A stretch of DNA of 64,000 nt from Minisyncoccota bacterium (GCA_041666545.1 JBAYGS010000001.1:153942-217941), one strand, 5' to 3'. Numbered from the stretch's first letter, positions 40,632 to 51,500 are shown. Notes: a model not told the origin generated them from the sequence alone. Program-made: numbers and translations.

Positions 40632-41417
40632 TTAGAATCTTTTTCTCTTGGCCAGCCAGGAAATCCGTTTGCGATTGTTTTTGGCCCACTCCAAAAGATC
40701 TGAGGTTTCACCAATCTGACTGGACTCACCACGAATTTCACTAAGCTCCGGGTGCGTCTTGAGCTTTCGTTCGACGCGCCGAAGGATTGCGCCAACATTG
40801 CTGCCGGTCACCCCGAACTTTTGTCCAATTTCCGCCATGGTCACATCGCCGAAATAGTACAACTGGAACATTTGAGCACTCCGCCAGTCAAAATGCTTTT
40901 TGATAAAAGCTGAGACGATTTCCCACTTTTCATTGTTAGTGGCCTCTTCGGCCGGAGACGGGGGCGCCTCGAGTTGATGCGCAAAATGACCTTGCGCGAG
41001 TTCAAGCAACTGGCTTGGTGATACCTTTCGATCAATCACTATCAATCGAGCCCGACCAAGAAACAACTCACTACGAACTTCTTCAGGGAAAAGCTCGTCA
41101 ATCGTTTGGCCAGTGAGCTTCATCAGCTTCTCCTCCAAAATTCCAGCCTTCCTGGCAACAGCCTTACGACTAGCCCGATGTTTGGAAAAAACTAGTGGTG
41201 GCAGGCGCTTCATTGCCAAAACCTCATAGAGCACTCCTTTTTGAAGTCCAAGAAATTCCGCCGCTTGCCCTACAGTCCAGCCCCGCTTTCTAATCGCGTT
41301 ATAGAGAGCGCCGTGCTTCATCCTGGCGACAATGGTGATATCAAAACCGGACTTTTCGAGATCACCCACAGCCCCTCCTTGAGACGGGTCATAGACTGGG
41401 TCAAACAAAGTTGTCAT
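40632..41417 (-). CDS. Orphan protein with N-terminal HTH and C-terminal sigma70 region-4-like HTH
   Basis: RGWTVGQAAEFLGL; TMAEIGQKFGVTGSNVGAILRRVERKL; AAAGGA SD. Confidence 0.65.
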   Translation of the reverse strand: MTTLFDPVYDPSQGGAVGDLEKSGFDITIVARMKHGALYNAIRKRGWTVGQAAEFLGLQKGVLYEVLAMKRLPPLVFSKHRASRKAVARKAGILEEKLMKLTGQTIDELFPEEVRSELFLGRARLIVIDRKVSPSQLLELAQGHFAHQLEAPPSPAEEATNNEKWEIVSAFIKKHFDWRSAQMFQLYYFGDVTMAEIGQKFGVTGSNVGAILRRVERKLKTHPELSEIRGESSQIGETSDLLEWAKNNRKRISWLAKRKRF

Positions 41418-41483
41418 TTAGTTCCTTTTTGATGATTCTGTTCTTTCCTGACACTAACACAGATATACAACAAAAGCAACAGA

Positions 41484-41522
41484 AAACCGCCCTTCACCTG
41501 CGACAGGTGAAGGGCGGTTTTA
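41484..41522. terminator. Long terminator hairpin
   Basis: aaaaccgcccttcacctg-cga-caggtgaagggcggtttt. Confidence 0.7.
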
Positions 41523-41528
41523 AATCTT

Positions 41529-42017
41529 TTATTCAGCTAGAGTATTGAAGATGGCCCAAACCGGCTGGCCAACATCATCGATTAATGGCAAATCTTTTTT
41601 AGGATCAAAGGCTCGATCTCCGTCTTCGGTATGGATCATGGCATAATAAGTTTTGGCCGGCAACATACCGCGCAAAAGCTCTACTGAACCGGAGTGCTCA
41701 CCGGCTTCGAAAAGCTGCGCCCCCAAAATGTTTCCTGGTGCGCCGTTATTGTCTTCATGAATCGCCACCCAAGAAGTCTTCTCGACTTTCACCGAATCAA
41801 TGCTCGCAGAAATCCCTGCAACCTGGTCGCCGACCACAATTGAATTGCCGGTAATTTCTAGACCGGTTTTATTTTCAACCTTGCCGGAAGTTTTGTCACC
41901 AACGATTGCGACTCCGGCTGGAGATTTAGTGAGCCACAACCAGGCACTGCCAAAGCCGACCAAGAAGGCGACTACTGCGATGACCACATACTTACCGTTT
42001 GATTTCTTCTCGTCCAT
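41529..42017 (-). CDS. Membrane-anchored hypothetical protein
   Basis: N-terminal TM; WVAIH..PGNILGA..G.H, YYAMIH.EDGD..FD. Confidence 0.7.
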   Translation of the reverse strand: MDEKKSNGKYVVIAVVAFLVGFGSAWLWLTKSPAGVAIVGDKTSGKVENKTGLEITGNSIVVGDQVAGISASIDSVKVEKTSWVAIHEDNNGAPGNILGAQLFEAGEHSGSVELLRGMLPAKTYYAMIHTEDGDRAFDPKKDLPLIDDVGQPVWAIFNTLAE

Positions 42018-42162
42018 ATTTCTTAATAAGTTAAATTATATAGCTACAGTCTAGCTAAAATTACCCCAATGTAAACCCACAGAGTTTATTGGAAACCAAA
42101 AAAGCCAGCCGTCAATCCTTGAGAGCTTTCAAACACCAAACTGCCCCCAAAAACCCTTGATT

Positions 42163-43017
42163 TTAGGCCAGATGTGTCGGCAGAGCCGGTCGCTCGGAAC
42201 GACACAACATCTCGGCCTCGGCTAAAACCTTTTCGACCTCGAGATCAGAAAACCCAAGCGATGACAATACTTCAGGTTTACCGGCAACATCTCGGCAAAG
42301 CACTAAACCGTTGCCCAACAAAATATCTTTTTCACTTTTCGTGAGATGAGTCATACAAGTAATCGGGTGCAAACCGGAAGCTTCAACCATGTCTTGCAAA
42401 TTACCTTTGGACGGATAGTTCCAACCGACAACTTTCAAACCAATACACTTGGCATACTGAATCGCACTACTTGAGAATTTGGTATTAGTAATCAACCAAA
42501 AATCATCCATCTTTCGCTTGTGACCATAATTAAATTCCGCATTACTCAAATCATCTTTTCGGGATTTGATGTAGAGAGCCACTTTGGCATCAGTCTTCGT
42601 ACCGGGTTCATTATGAAATTTAGCTTCAATCATTATCAGCTTCTCATTGTTATAGGCCACCACATCAAGCTCATGAGTGATGCAGTGCCCGCTTACAATT
42701 TGGTCAGTAAGCGCGGTATAGCCGTGCTCAATCATCAAATCGGCCAAGAATTTTTCAAAAGGAAATCCGGACGGCCCGAAACTCAAAAGGGCCCGTCTTA
42801 AAGAATAGCGGGAAGCAATCGGTCGTTCATATTTTTTTAGCAAATCAAAAGCCAGCCGGTAAAGCTCGCTGGTTGTCATGCCATGCTTCAGCCTGGGCTT
42901 AATTTGGACAACAATCTTGTCGATAAGAGCATCCGGCGCGCCGGCGCGTGTCAAAGAATTGCGAAACTTGCCTTCATCAAACACTTCCCTTTCACCGTCC
43001 GCTTTGATTAAATCCAT
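42163..43017 (-). CDS. ATP-cone + Mrr-like restriction endonuclease domain protein
   Basis: IKADGEREVFDEGK ATP cone; FEKF, HELDVVA, IEAK, TNTKFS. Confidence 0.8.
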   Translation of the reverse strand: MDLIKADGEREVFDEGKFRNSLTRAGAPDALIDKIVVQIKPRLKHGMTTSELYRLAFDLLKKYERPIASRYSLRRALLSFGPSGFPFEKFLADLMIEHGYTALTDQIVSGHCITHELDVVAYNNEKLIMIEAKFHNEPGTKTDAKVALYIKSRKDDLSNAEFNYGHKRKMDDFWLITNTKFSSSAIQYAKCIGLKVVGWNYPSKGNLQDMVEASGLHPITCMTHLTKSEKDILLGNGLVLCRDVAGKPEVLSSLGFSDLEVEKVLAEAEMLCRSERPALPTHLA

Positions 43018-43105
43018 GATATTAAATTAAAATGTAAATCTCAAAAATTAAAAATCGGGAGATTATTTTTATAATACCATATACCTAATACCATATACTA
43101 TCTAC

Positions 43106-44275
43106 CTAGTTTACAACTCCGCCACCGAGGCATTCATTATTTTTGTAAAATACCACCGATTGGCCCGAGGCCACAAGCTGCGGCAGCGAAAAATGAATAA
43201 CGGCTTTCGTACCACTAAGTTTGGAAATCTCTGCGCCTATCATTTCACCGTGATACCTGATTTGCACTTCGCACTTAACAGAATCTTTCGGTGGTTTTGA
43301 GATCCAGTTTACTTTCGATAGTCGGTACTCTTGTTTGGGTCCAACTTCAGTATCTTTTGGATTGTTGGAGACCGTAATGGTGTTATTTCTCAAATTTTTG
43401 GTGACGACATACAACCTCTCGCTCTCGGGAGTTTTCTTAGAAATCTGGAAACCGTGTCTTTCTCCAAGAGTGTAAAAAACGACACCATCATGAGAACCGA
43501 TTACTTCACCTTTGACATTCAAGGCTTTTCCGGGTTTCTCTTTGATAAATCTTTTGAGAAAATCCTTCATATCCACCCTCCCAATAAAACAAAGTCCTTG
43601 ACTGTCTTTCTTGGTTGCCGTGATTAAGTCAAACTTTTCTGCCAATTTTCTAACTTCACTTTTCTGTAAATGACCGATTGGGAAAAGTGTTTTAGCCAAT
43701 TGCTTCTGCGTCAATGTCCACAAAAAATAGCTTTGCTCCTTAGCTGTATCCTCGGCAGTGAGTAGTGAGTGGTGGGTAGCGAGTAGTTTAGAATTTTTCT
43801 TTCCAGTTTTGTTTGGAGCTTGGATATTGGAATTTGGAATTTCCCGAGTCACGCTCGGAGCGACTCGAGCGTAGTGTCCCGTCGCCACATAATCTGCACC
43901 CTGCTTCATCGCCCAGTTGAAAAAGGCACCAAATTTTATTTGCTGGTTGCACATCACATCAGGATTCGGGGTTCGACCAGCTTTGTATTCTCGAATCATA
44001 CAATCAACCACTTCCCTTTTATATTCCTTTTCCAAATCCAAGGTTTTGAAAGGAATTCTTAATTTAGCGCAAACCCGCATCGCATCAAGTCGATCTTCTT
44101 TCCAGGTACACCTTATGAAATCCGGCGACCAGACTTTGATGAAAACTCCGGTCACGTCAAAACCGGCCTTTTTGAGTAAGGCGGCCGAAACGGACGAGTC
44201 AACCCCGCCGGAAAGGCCGACACAGACAGACGATCGAGAACATTTGACATTTGACCTTGGACCTTTGACTTTCAT
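43106..44275 (-). CDS. mnmA: tRNA-specific 2-thiouridylase
   Basis: GLSGGVDS, TPNPDVMCN, ATGHY, KEQSYFL, DSQGLCF. Confidence 0.96.
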   Translation of the reverse strand: MKVKGPRSNVKCSRSSVCVGLSGGVDSSVSAALLKKAGFDVTGVFIKVWSPDFIRCTWKEDRLDAMRVCAKLRIPFKTLDLEKEYKREVVDCMIREYKAGRTPNPDVMCNQQIKFGAFFNWAMKQGADYVATGHYARVAPSVTREIPNSNIQAPNKTGKKNSKLLATHHSLLTAEDTAKEQSYFLWTLTQKQLAKTLFPIGHLQKSEVRKLAEKFDLITATKKDSQGLCFIGRVDMKDFLKRFIKEKPGKALNVKGEVIGSHDGVVFYTLGERHGFQISKKTPESERLYVVTKNLRNNTITVSNNPKDTEVGPKQEYRLSKVNWISKPPKDSVKCEVQIRYHGEMIGAEISKLSGTKAVIHFSLPQLVASGQSVVFYKNNECLGGGVVN

Positions 44276-44327
44276 AGATACGCATGGTATCACTTTAGAT
44301 AGAAAACCTCAACTGAAGAGGCTCTTT

Positions 44328-44501
44328 ATGAAACTGAGAAAAGCAGTTCGAGCAGTTATTATCTCCGGAAGTGCAATGGTTATTGCCATTATTTTCGCAA
44401 GACAAGGTGGAATATCAATAGAAGGGGCAGTCGGCTTTTCCGCCCTGACGGTCGCCATCTGTTATGAAGTCAGTTTTGAAATCGACCCGTCCAAACCGTA
44501 G
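44328..44501 (+). CDS. Small two-TM orphan protein
   Basis: MKLRKAVRAVIISGSAMVIAIIF...; GAGG SD. Confidence 0.45.
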   Translation: MKLRKAVRAVIISGSAMVIAIIFARQGGISIEGAVGFSALTVAICYEVSFEIDPSKP

Positions 44502-44524
44502 AGACCGCAACCCCAATAGAGACA

Positions 44525-44752
44525 ATGAGAAAAAGACCCCAAGCACTTGCGAACCTCAAGTGGCTAATCCGCGACAGTATCCTGAATTTTGACACACTGC
44601 AGAGATTCGATTGCGCTGATGCCCTGAAGAGGGATCGTGGCCGGAGACTAATCCTCAGCCTTCTCAGCGACGCTAAAATCAAGATAACCCAGGGCCAGCT
44701 TAACCGCTTAGCCAAATCTCTTCAGAAATATTACCGGAAAAAGTATCCCTGA
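44525..44752 (+). CDS. Small basic orphan protein
   Basis: 75 aa followed by terminator ccgagcgcg..cgcgctcggttttt. Confidence 0.5.
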   Translation: MRKRPQALANLKWLIRDSILNFDTLQRFDCADALKRDRGRRLILSLLSDAKIKITQGQLNRLAKSLQKYYRKKYP

Positions 44753-44817
44753 ATAGCCCCCACCCACCCACCGAGCGCGCCCCGCGCTCGGTTTTTAATT
44801 TTCCCCACCCATTCCCC

Positions 44818-44857
44818 ACATACACTACAATTTCCGTACGGAAATTGTAGTGTATGT
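44818..44857. repeat. 40-bp perfect palindrome
   Basis: acatacactacaatttccgt|acggaaattgtagtgtatgt. Confidence 0.9.
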
Positions 44858-44907
44858 TGGATTTTCAATTCTTGATTCCTAAATCCTAATTCATGATTCC
44901 AAAACCT

Positions 44908-45909
44908 CTACTTCAGGTAGAGGTTTTTGTTGGCTACATGCTCATCGTGCGTCACGGCATAATGCATCACGCCGTCTTTGTCAGTAAGATAATAGTAATA
45001 CTTGGTGGCAACTGGATTGATAGTCGCCTTAATCGCATCAAGGCCGGGGTTTGCGATTGGACCTGGTGGCAGACCTTTATATAAATAGGTATTGTAGGGT
45101 GAATCAATTTTTAAATCGTCCAAATAAACTTTTGGCAAAGCCTGACCATTGATATAAGAGAAGGGCGCGTCAACTTGGAGCAACATCCCCTCTTTTAAGC
45201 GCTTCCATAAAATTCCGGCAATAGTTTGCCTAGTTTCCATAATCCTCGCCTCTTCTTCAATGATTGAGGCCATTATTATCACATCATTAAGTGGTTTGCC
45301 GAATTTTTGGATTTGATCAGTAATTGAAATAATTTGCTTATCGAAATTGTCCGACATTGCTGAAATAATTTCCGCACCTGAAACATTTGGTAAAAACCAG
45401 TAAGTGTCCGGAAAAAGATAGCCCTCCTTGCTTTTAGCTAAATTCAGAAATTCCTTAGAATTAAAACGCGGCAGGTTCACGGAAAATATTTTTGCCACTT
45501 CAAGATTGGACAGGCCTTCGGGAATCGTGACTTTAATCTGCTTCAAGTTGTAAACTCCGCGCGCAATTCGGTCAGCCACCACAAAAATATTTTGCGGTAT
45601 ATCAAAATTGTAATCCCCCGCTTGTGCACCGCGACTTCCGCCAGAAATCACCACCAATCCTTTAAACCAAAACTCTGAACGAATAATATGTGCGGCTTTC
45701 AAAGTTTTAGCAATCGAAGATAGACCTTGCCCCTTAGAAACCGCAATCAAAGTACTTTTGGGGAAATTGGCCGGTGCCTGCCACCAGGTAGCCGCTACAA
45801 AGCCGATTATAAGCGCCACACCAAAAGCCATAATCCGCCTCCGTGATTTCGTACCACGCAGACCGGACCGCGCATAATCCGGCAATTTTTTTTCGACAAA
45901 CAAATCCAT
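44908..45909 (-). CDS. mltG: Endolytic transglycosylase
   Basis: TIPEG, EGYLFPDTY, ASIIEEE, SPYNTY..GLPPGPIANPG. Confidence 0.95.
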   Translation of the reverse strand: MDLFVEKKLPDYARSGLRGTKSRRRIMAFGVALIIGFVAATWWQAPANFPKSTLIAVSKGQGLSSIAKTLKAAHIIRSEFWFKGLVVISGGSRGAQAGDYNFDIPQNIFVVADRIARGVYNLKQIKVTIPEGLSNLEVAKIFSVNLPRFNSKEFLNLAKSKEGYLFPDTYWFLPNVSGAEIISAMSDNFDKQIISITDQIQKFGKPLNDVIIMASIIEEEARIMETRQTIAGILWKRLKEGMLLQVDAPFSYINGQALPKVYLDDLKIDSPYNTYLYKGLPPGPIANPGLDAIKATINPVATKYYYYLTDKDGVMHYAVTHDEHVANKNLYLK

Positions 45910-45921
45910 AGGAACCGTAGA

Positions 45922-47268
45922 CTAGGTTGGCAAATTAGATGGCGGTTCAGACTTTTTGGACATAATTCGGGCAAAGGTTGGGGTCGCCGCCACACCACCT
46001 GGGAAGTGGTAGATGGTCGCAATCTCCTCGGTTGTCAGGATAAACGGTTTATTACGATAATTTTTGTACGGTGGCTGGAAGAAAGCCCGGCGGCGGTAAG
46101 CGTCGAGGTAATGCCTCTCCAGACGCGTACGGCGCACTCGCCCCGGGTCGAGCCACCAATAGTCATAGTCGGTAAATTTACCGAGTTTGAATCCGTTGAA
46201 AAAGTTTGAGCTATATTGGCGAACACTGCCGATCAGGCCAGAAATGCCACCCGCATCAAATTCACTTGGGTCCCAGAAAAACATGCCTCGCATCATCGTG
46301 TCGAATGGGAACTTACCCAAACTTCTTTCAATCGAACCGATTTGTTCAATTTGACCCTTGGTCGGATTAGGAAAAGCTGTCACATCAGGGCCACGATCCG
46401 GAGTCGCCTCTTTTCTAATCTCCTCAATTTTGGATTTCGCTTCCTTCACCCAATCTCGCCCAAAACTAAAAGTGGCGTCGTCAGTAAAGGTGCTCTTGCG
46501 GTGAGCTTGAATCAGAATTTGAATCCAGGCCATTTGACCCTTTTTTAAGGAACCTAAATATTCCAAAACTGAAGTAATCGGGTCAATTTTAAATTCTTCC
46601 TTCGGGTCTTTATCCAAACCGTAGTCAACATAAGTCTTGATCGGAAAAACATCATCCTTGGTCAACTTGTAATGAGTCGCCCAAAATGGATATCGTGAAA
46701 TGTCATAAGGTATGCCAGCGGCATAATCTGGCACTTCATAAATCTCAACATTTGGATATTGAGCATAAATCTGCGCCTCAATAATGTTTCGCCACTTAAG
46801 TTGAGTCCAAATGAAAAAATGGACTTCGCCATCGAAAGAGGCCAACTCGAGCGAAAACCAGGGGCGCACCTTACCCTTCCAAAAAGTGTCAACATAACTC
46901 GAAGAGCCGGTCTGAAAAAGCGCAGTCAAAAAAATCTCCATCGCGAGTGGTGACTTGTTAGTCTCTTTAGGAATTTTTAGCTCCAAAAGCACCGAACCTT
47001 GCTTCCGAATAAAGTCAGAGCGGATATAGTCAAACCAGACTTTCCAAAAAATACGCAAAAGGATAAGGGGCACATAAACCGGAGCTAACGCCAAAATTAG
47101 CTGCCAACTTGGAGCAAAATACTCCGGATGAAATTGGAAAGCTTTTTGCCACCACCAAATAAGCCCAACCACGCTTAAAGCAAAAAAGAAACTGCGGAAG
47201 TACCTCTCTCGCTCCAAGGTTGCGAGCGCATAAAAGAGATCGAGGAATTTGATCAAAAGATCCTTCAT
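45922..47268 (-). CDS. CPR-type membrane protein resembling the N-terminal domain of CPR VirD4/TraG-like ATPases
   Basis: Two TMs; FSLEL, AQYPNVEI, FPIKTY, DPI, ILTTEEIATIYHFP; family recalled, not searched. Confidence 0.55.
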   Translation of the reverse strand: MKDLLIKFLDLFYALATLERERYFRSFFFALSVVGLIWWWQKAFQFHPEYFAPSWQLILALAPVYVPLILLRIFWKVWFDYIRSDFIRKQGSVLLELKIPKETNKSPLAMEIFLTALFQTGSSSYVDTFWKGKVRPWFSLELASFDGEVHFFIWTQLKWRNIIEAQIYAQYPNVEIYEVPDYAAGIPYDISRYPFWATHYKLTKDDVFPIKTYVDYGLDKDPKEEFKIDPITSVLEYLGSLKKGQMAWIQILIQAHRKSTFTDDATFSFGRDWVKEAKSKIEEIRKEATPDRGPDVTAFPNPTKGQIEQIGSIERSLGKFPFDTMMRGMFFWDPSEFDAGGISGLIGSVRQYSSNFFNGFKLGKFTDYDYWWLDPGRVRRTRLERHYLDAYRRRAFFQPPYKNYRNKPFILTTEEIATIYHFPGGVAATPTFARIMSKKSEPPSNLPT

Positions 47269-47404
47269 TCCCTATATCATACCCCACTCTTTGGTTTGTT
47301 TCTAGCCATCTTTGGGGAAAGATTTATCTAGGATAGCTAAACGAATGCCCTTAAAAGCCAAAACCCCTTCCGGGGTTTTGGCTTTTCAAATCTTTGATTT
47401 AGAT

Positions 47405-48433
47405 TTACGCAACTGCGTACCTGCCCTCCTTATCTTTCTTAAAATACTTAGGGTTTTGCAGATTGACTACAATCGTATTCTCTTTAACATAGCGTTCCTT
47501 CAAAACCTTATCAATAACATCCTTTTTAACCATCGGGCCGTTCTTTTCGATAACCGCTCGAATCACATCTCGGACAACTCCCGGAGCATAACCCCACTCC
47601 TTGAGAGCATACAGACCTCGTCCAACCAAAACAAATCGTGGGTCCTTAATTAGTTCGTTGTGAGTAGTTGCCACATGAGCCTTCTTGCTGAAAATATTGC
47701 CAATCTGCTTGGCGACCTCACGGAAATGGATTGGGGAACCGTGCCTACGCAAAACTAGGTAGGCATAGTCTCGAATACCCTTAGCTTTGATGTTTGAGGA
47801 GGAAGCCTTACCCCATTCACCTAAAGGATTTCGGCCAATATTTTTTGATAGGGCCAACCAGCGCTTAATCACCTCCTCATCTTTGTACTTATCAGAAACA
47901 TCCTTCAAGTGCTCAAGAAAAGTCTCGACAAAATCCGACTCCGGAACAATGTCTTCATCGGAAAGAGATTTGTAAAGTTTTCGCAGAGATTCATGAATTT
48001 TCTTGGAAAGTTCATGATCGACATGCCAACGATGCTGAAATTCCTCGTCTTCCTTCTCCTTAAAGAAAGCATCGCCCAAGACCAACATAAAGTGAATTTG
48101 GTTTTGAATGCTCTTGTCCTTGGCGACATGATTCAAAAGGTCTTTTTCGGAAATAATCCCACCGAGCGAGTGGACCAAATCTGACAGCTGAGCAAAAGAG
48201 TCGGCCTCGTCTTTGTAATTCTTAGACTTCTTAATCTGCGCCAAAGCGTAGTTTTCGATCTGTCGAACCCGCTCGCGAGTGATGCCGTATTTCTTACCAA
48301 TGGCCTCAAGGGTCATTTTTTCGAAATCCTTGCCCAAGCCAAAACGACTGGTAATAATATCCCGGCCCCGTTCAGGAAGAGCGGTGATTAGATGCTTGAC
48401 GACCTGTTTTGATTTGAAATTAATGCTTGACAT
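47405..48433 (-). CDS. Sigma70 region-4 HTH + RNAP delta-like (HARE-HTH) protein
   Basis: RFGL...TLEAIGKKYGITRERVRQIE; HNELIKDPRFVLVGRGLYALKEW. Confidence 0.8.
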   Translation of the reverse strand: MSSINFKSKQVVKHLITALPERGRDIITSRFGLGKDFEKMTLEAIGKKYGITRERVRQIENYALAQIKKSKNYKDEADSFAQLSDLVHSLGGIISEKDLLNHVAKDKSIQNQIHFMLVLGDAFFKEKEDEEFQHRWHVDHELSKKIHESLRKLYKSLSDEDIVPESDFVETFLEHLKDVSDKYKDEEVIKRWLALSKNIGRNPLGEWGKASSSNIKAKGIRDYAYLVLRRHGSPIHFREVAKQIGNIFSKKAHVATTHNELIKDPRFVLVGRGLYALKEWGYAPGVVRDVIRAVIEKNGPMVKKDVIDKVLKERYVKENTIVVNLQNPKYFKKDKEGRYAVA

Positions 48434-48543
48434 GTTTGTCGATACGCTTTGACGCGATTAATAAATTAATAAATAAATACTTGGTAAATGACACTATATG
48501 TTAATAGTGTTTTATTGTCAAATTTCGGCCTTATTACTATGCA

Positions 48544-51500
48544 CTATACAATATCACTAACTACAAAATTAAGCAAGCGACCCTTTACATAAATGGTTTT
48601 AATCAGTTTCTTACCATTTAACCACTTAGAAACCTCGCTCATTTGCCTGGCCTTTTGCTCAATCTCAGCCTGGTTTGCCCCTATATCGATTTCCAAAATC
48701 GCCCGAGTTTTCCCGCTGATTTGGATGGCAATTTTGGCGGTTGAGTCCTGAATTTTCGCCGGATCAAAAGTCGGCCACGCTTCAAGGTGGATGGATTTCT
48801 TACTTGCCCGACTGCGTCCTCGCGGATTAGGGCTTACCAAATTAGACCACAGCTCTTCCGTGATGTGTGGCGCAAACGGAGCCAAAAGTTTTAATAAGAT
48901 CTTGAAATAATCTTCACCCAACTTCCCTACTGCTTCAATTTCATTAAGCAAAATCATCAGTGAGCTAATAGCAGTGTTGAATTTCATTTCGGAAATGTCT
49001 TCTGAAACCTTTTTGATTGTTTGATTAAATAGAATTTCCAGTTTCCCCTGTTGTTGGTTGTCAGTTGTAAGTTTGTACTGTAACCGCCAGACTCGCTCCA
49101 AAAATCGGCGTGAGCCGGCAATTCCTTCGGTACTCCAAGCAATCGCTTGATCAAAAGGCCCCAGAAACATCTCGTACAGACGCAAAGTGTCGGCGCCGAC
49201 TTTTTCAGAGATATCATCAGGGTTAACCACATTACCCCAACGCTTGCTCATCTTCCGTCCGTCCTCGCCCATAATCAAGCCGACTGTTTGAAGTCTAGTG
49301 AAAGGTTCAACTGTCGAAACGGCGCCAATATCAAGCAGGAACTTATGCCAAAAACGAGCATAGATTAAATGTCGGGTCGCATGCTCAGCCCCGCCAACAT
49401 AGAAATCTACCGGAAGCCAGTATTTAATTTTATTTTGAATATTGTTGCTTGAAATTTGTTTGGTTATTGTTTCTTGCGATTTGAGATTTTCGCTTATGCA
49501 ATAAGCGATATAGTACCAACTTGAGCCGGCCCATTGTGGCATCGTATTCGTCTCGCGCTTTGCCGGACCCTTGCACTTCGGACATTTCACATTCACCCAC
49601 TTAGAAATCGCGGCAAGCGGTGACTCACCTGTGCCAGTCGGCTCGTAAGATTTAACCTTGGGCAATTTGACCGGTAGATCTTTTTCCGGCACCGGTACGG
49701 CCACGGTGACCGGTTCAATCTCCCAGGCTACCAAACCATTCTGCTTAATCTTTTCGACATAATTAGCTCCAAAAGCACTGTAGGCAATCTCCAATTCTTT
49801 CGCCGATCGAAAATTCTTTTTGCTTAATTGCGACAAAATAGATTTATCTTTAAAAACCTCGTCAAAATTCTTATAGACTCTAGATGATTTGACTCGATAA
49901 ACCAGTTCCTCCCTAACTTTCCTAGTTTTTTGGTCCTTGCGGCTGAAAAGCAACAAATCACCAACCTTGAAATCGCCAAAATATCTCCCTTTTTCTTCAG
50001 GGTTAAGGGCACGAGTTTCTACAGTTTTGACTCCTGACTTCAAATCTCGCCAAACCGGCTCATAATAAAAGTTAAGAGTAGTTTTCGCCTTTGCCCGATC
50101 AGTCTCAAGGGCACATTGGGCACAGTGCACAAGTGGAATCGGTTCGCCCCAATACCTTTGACGCGAGAAGACCCAATCTCGGAGTTTGTACTTGGTAATC
50201 ATTTTCCCGCCGGCAAATTCAGTAATTTCTTTTTTGGCCAATGCCGACTCAGTGTCATTAAATTTACTTGAATTAATTAAAACACCGTGTCCAACAAAAG
50301 CCTGCTCTTTATCAAAGAGGCCCCAGGCGTATTGATTATTAGGCAGGTTAAGGAATTCTGGCATCTTGGCGCGCTCAATCCAGACCGGAGAATGTTTGGC
50401 CTTTTCAGATTCAGAGACTTCATCTTGCTCGCCATCCACTAGCTCAAAATAAAGTGTGTGGCCCAGGGAATATCTATTTACATCTTTATGACCGGCAAAG
50501 TAGTGGCTGTGAACTTCTCCTCCGACCCGACGAATAAACTTGGCATTCTTAAAGCCGGTCTCCTCATGGATTTCACGCTTGGCGGTTTCCGTGACATCTT
50601 CGCCGTCTTCAACCCCGCCGATAATAAAGGAGTGCCAATTAAATTTTTGCCAGTCCAAACACAAAAACTTATCTTCTTGCCAATGCTTCAGGATCACGTA
50701 AACCGTTTTCCGCTTTTCTGTCTTTTTGTCGGCACGAACAGCATCCGGTCCGGAAACAGTTTTAAAGTATGGAGCAATAACTTCCTTAATCGGCAAATTA
50801 TATTTCTTAGCAAAAGCAAAATCGCGCTCATCGTGGGCCGGCACGGCCATTACTGCGCCGGTGCCGTAGTCAGCCAAAACATAATCGGCCACCCAGATTG
50901 ACACTTCCTCGTTATTGGCCGGATTAATCGCCTTAATACCTTTCAGCTCGACTCCGGTTTTCTCTTTATTTTCGGCTGTGCGCTCGATTTCGGTTTTATT
51001 CTTCGATAGTACGATATATCGTACTATCTCGTCCCAGTTTTGAATTTTTGGTTTTAAGTCTTGGAGTAATTTTGATTCCGGCGCCAACACCACATAAGTG
51101 ACGCCGAAAAGCGTATCGGCTCTGGTCGTAAACACTCTAATCTCCTCCTCAACTTGAAACTTTAAACTTGAAACTTTAAAACTAATCTCCGATCCTTCCG
51201 ACTTCCCAATCCAATTTTTCTGAAGCTCGATAATCGAATTCGGCCAGTTTAAAATCGGCCCGCCAGTTTTATCCTTCGCGTCCAAATCGGCAAGCAGTCT
51301 TTCGGCATAATCAGTAATTCTCAAAACCCACTGACGCATCGGCTTTTTCTCAACCACACTGCTACAGCGTTCGCAAAGGCCATCTTCCACATCCTCATTC
51401 GCCAAACCGGTCTTGCAAGACGGGCACCAGTTGATCGGTTCAAAGGATTCATAAGCCAAACCTTTTTCAAAAAGTTTTAAGAAAATCCACTGCGTCCACT

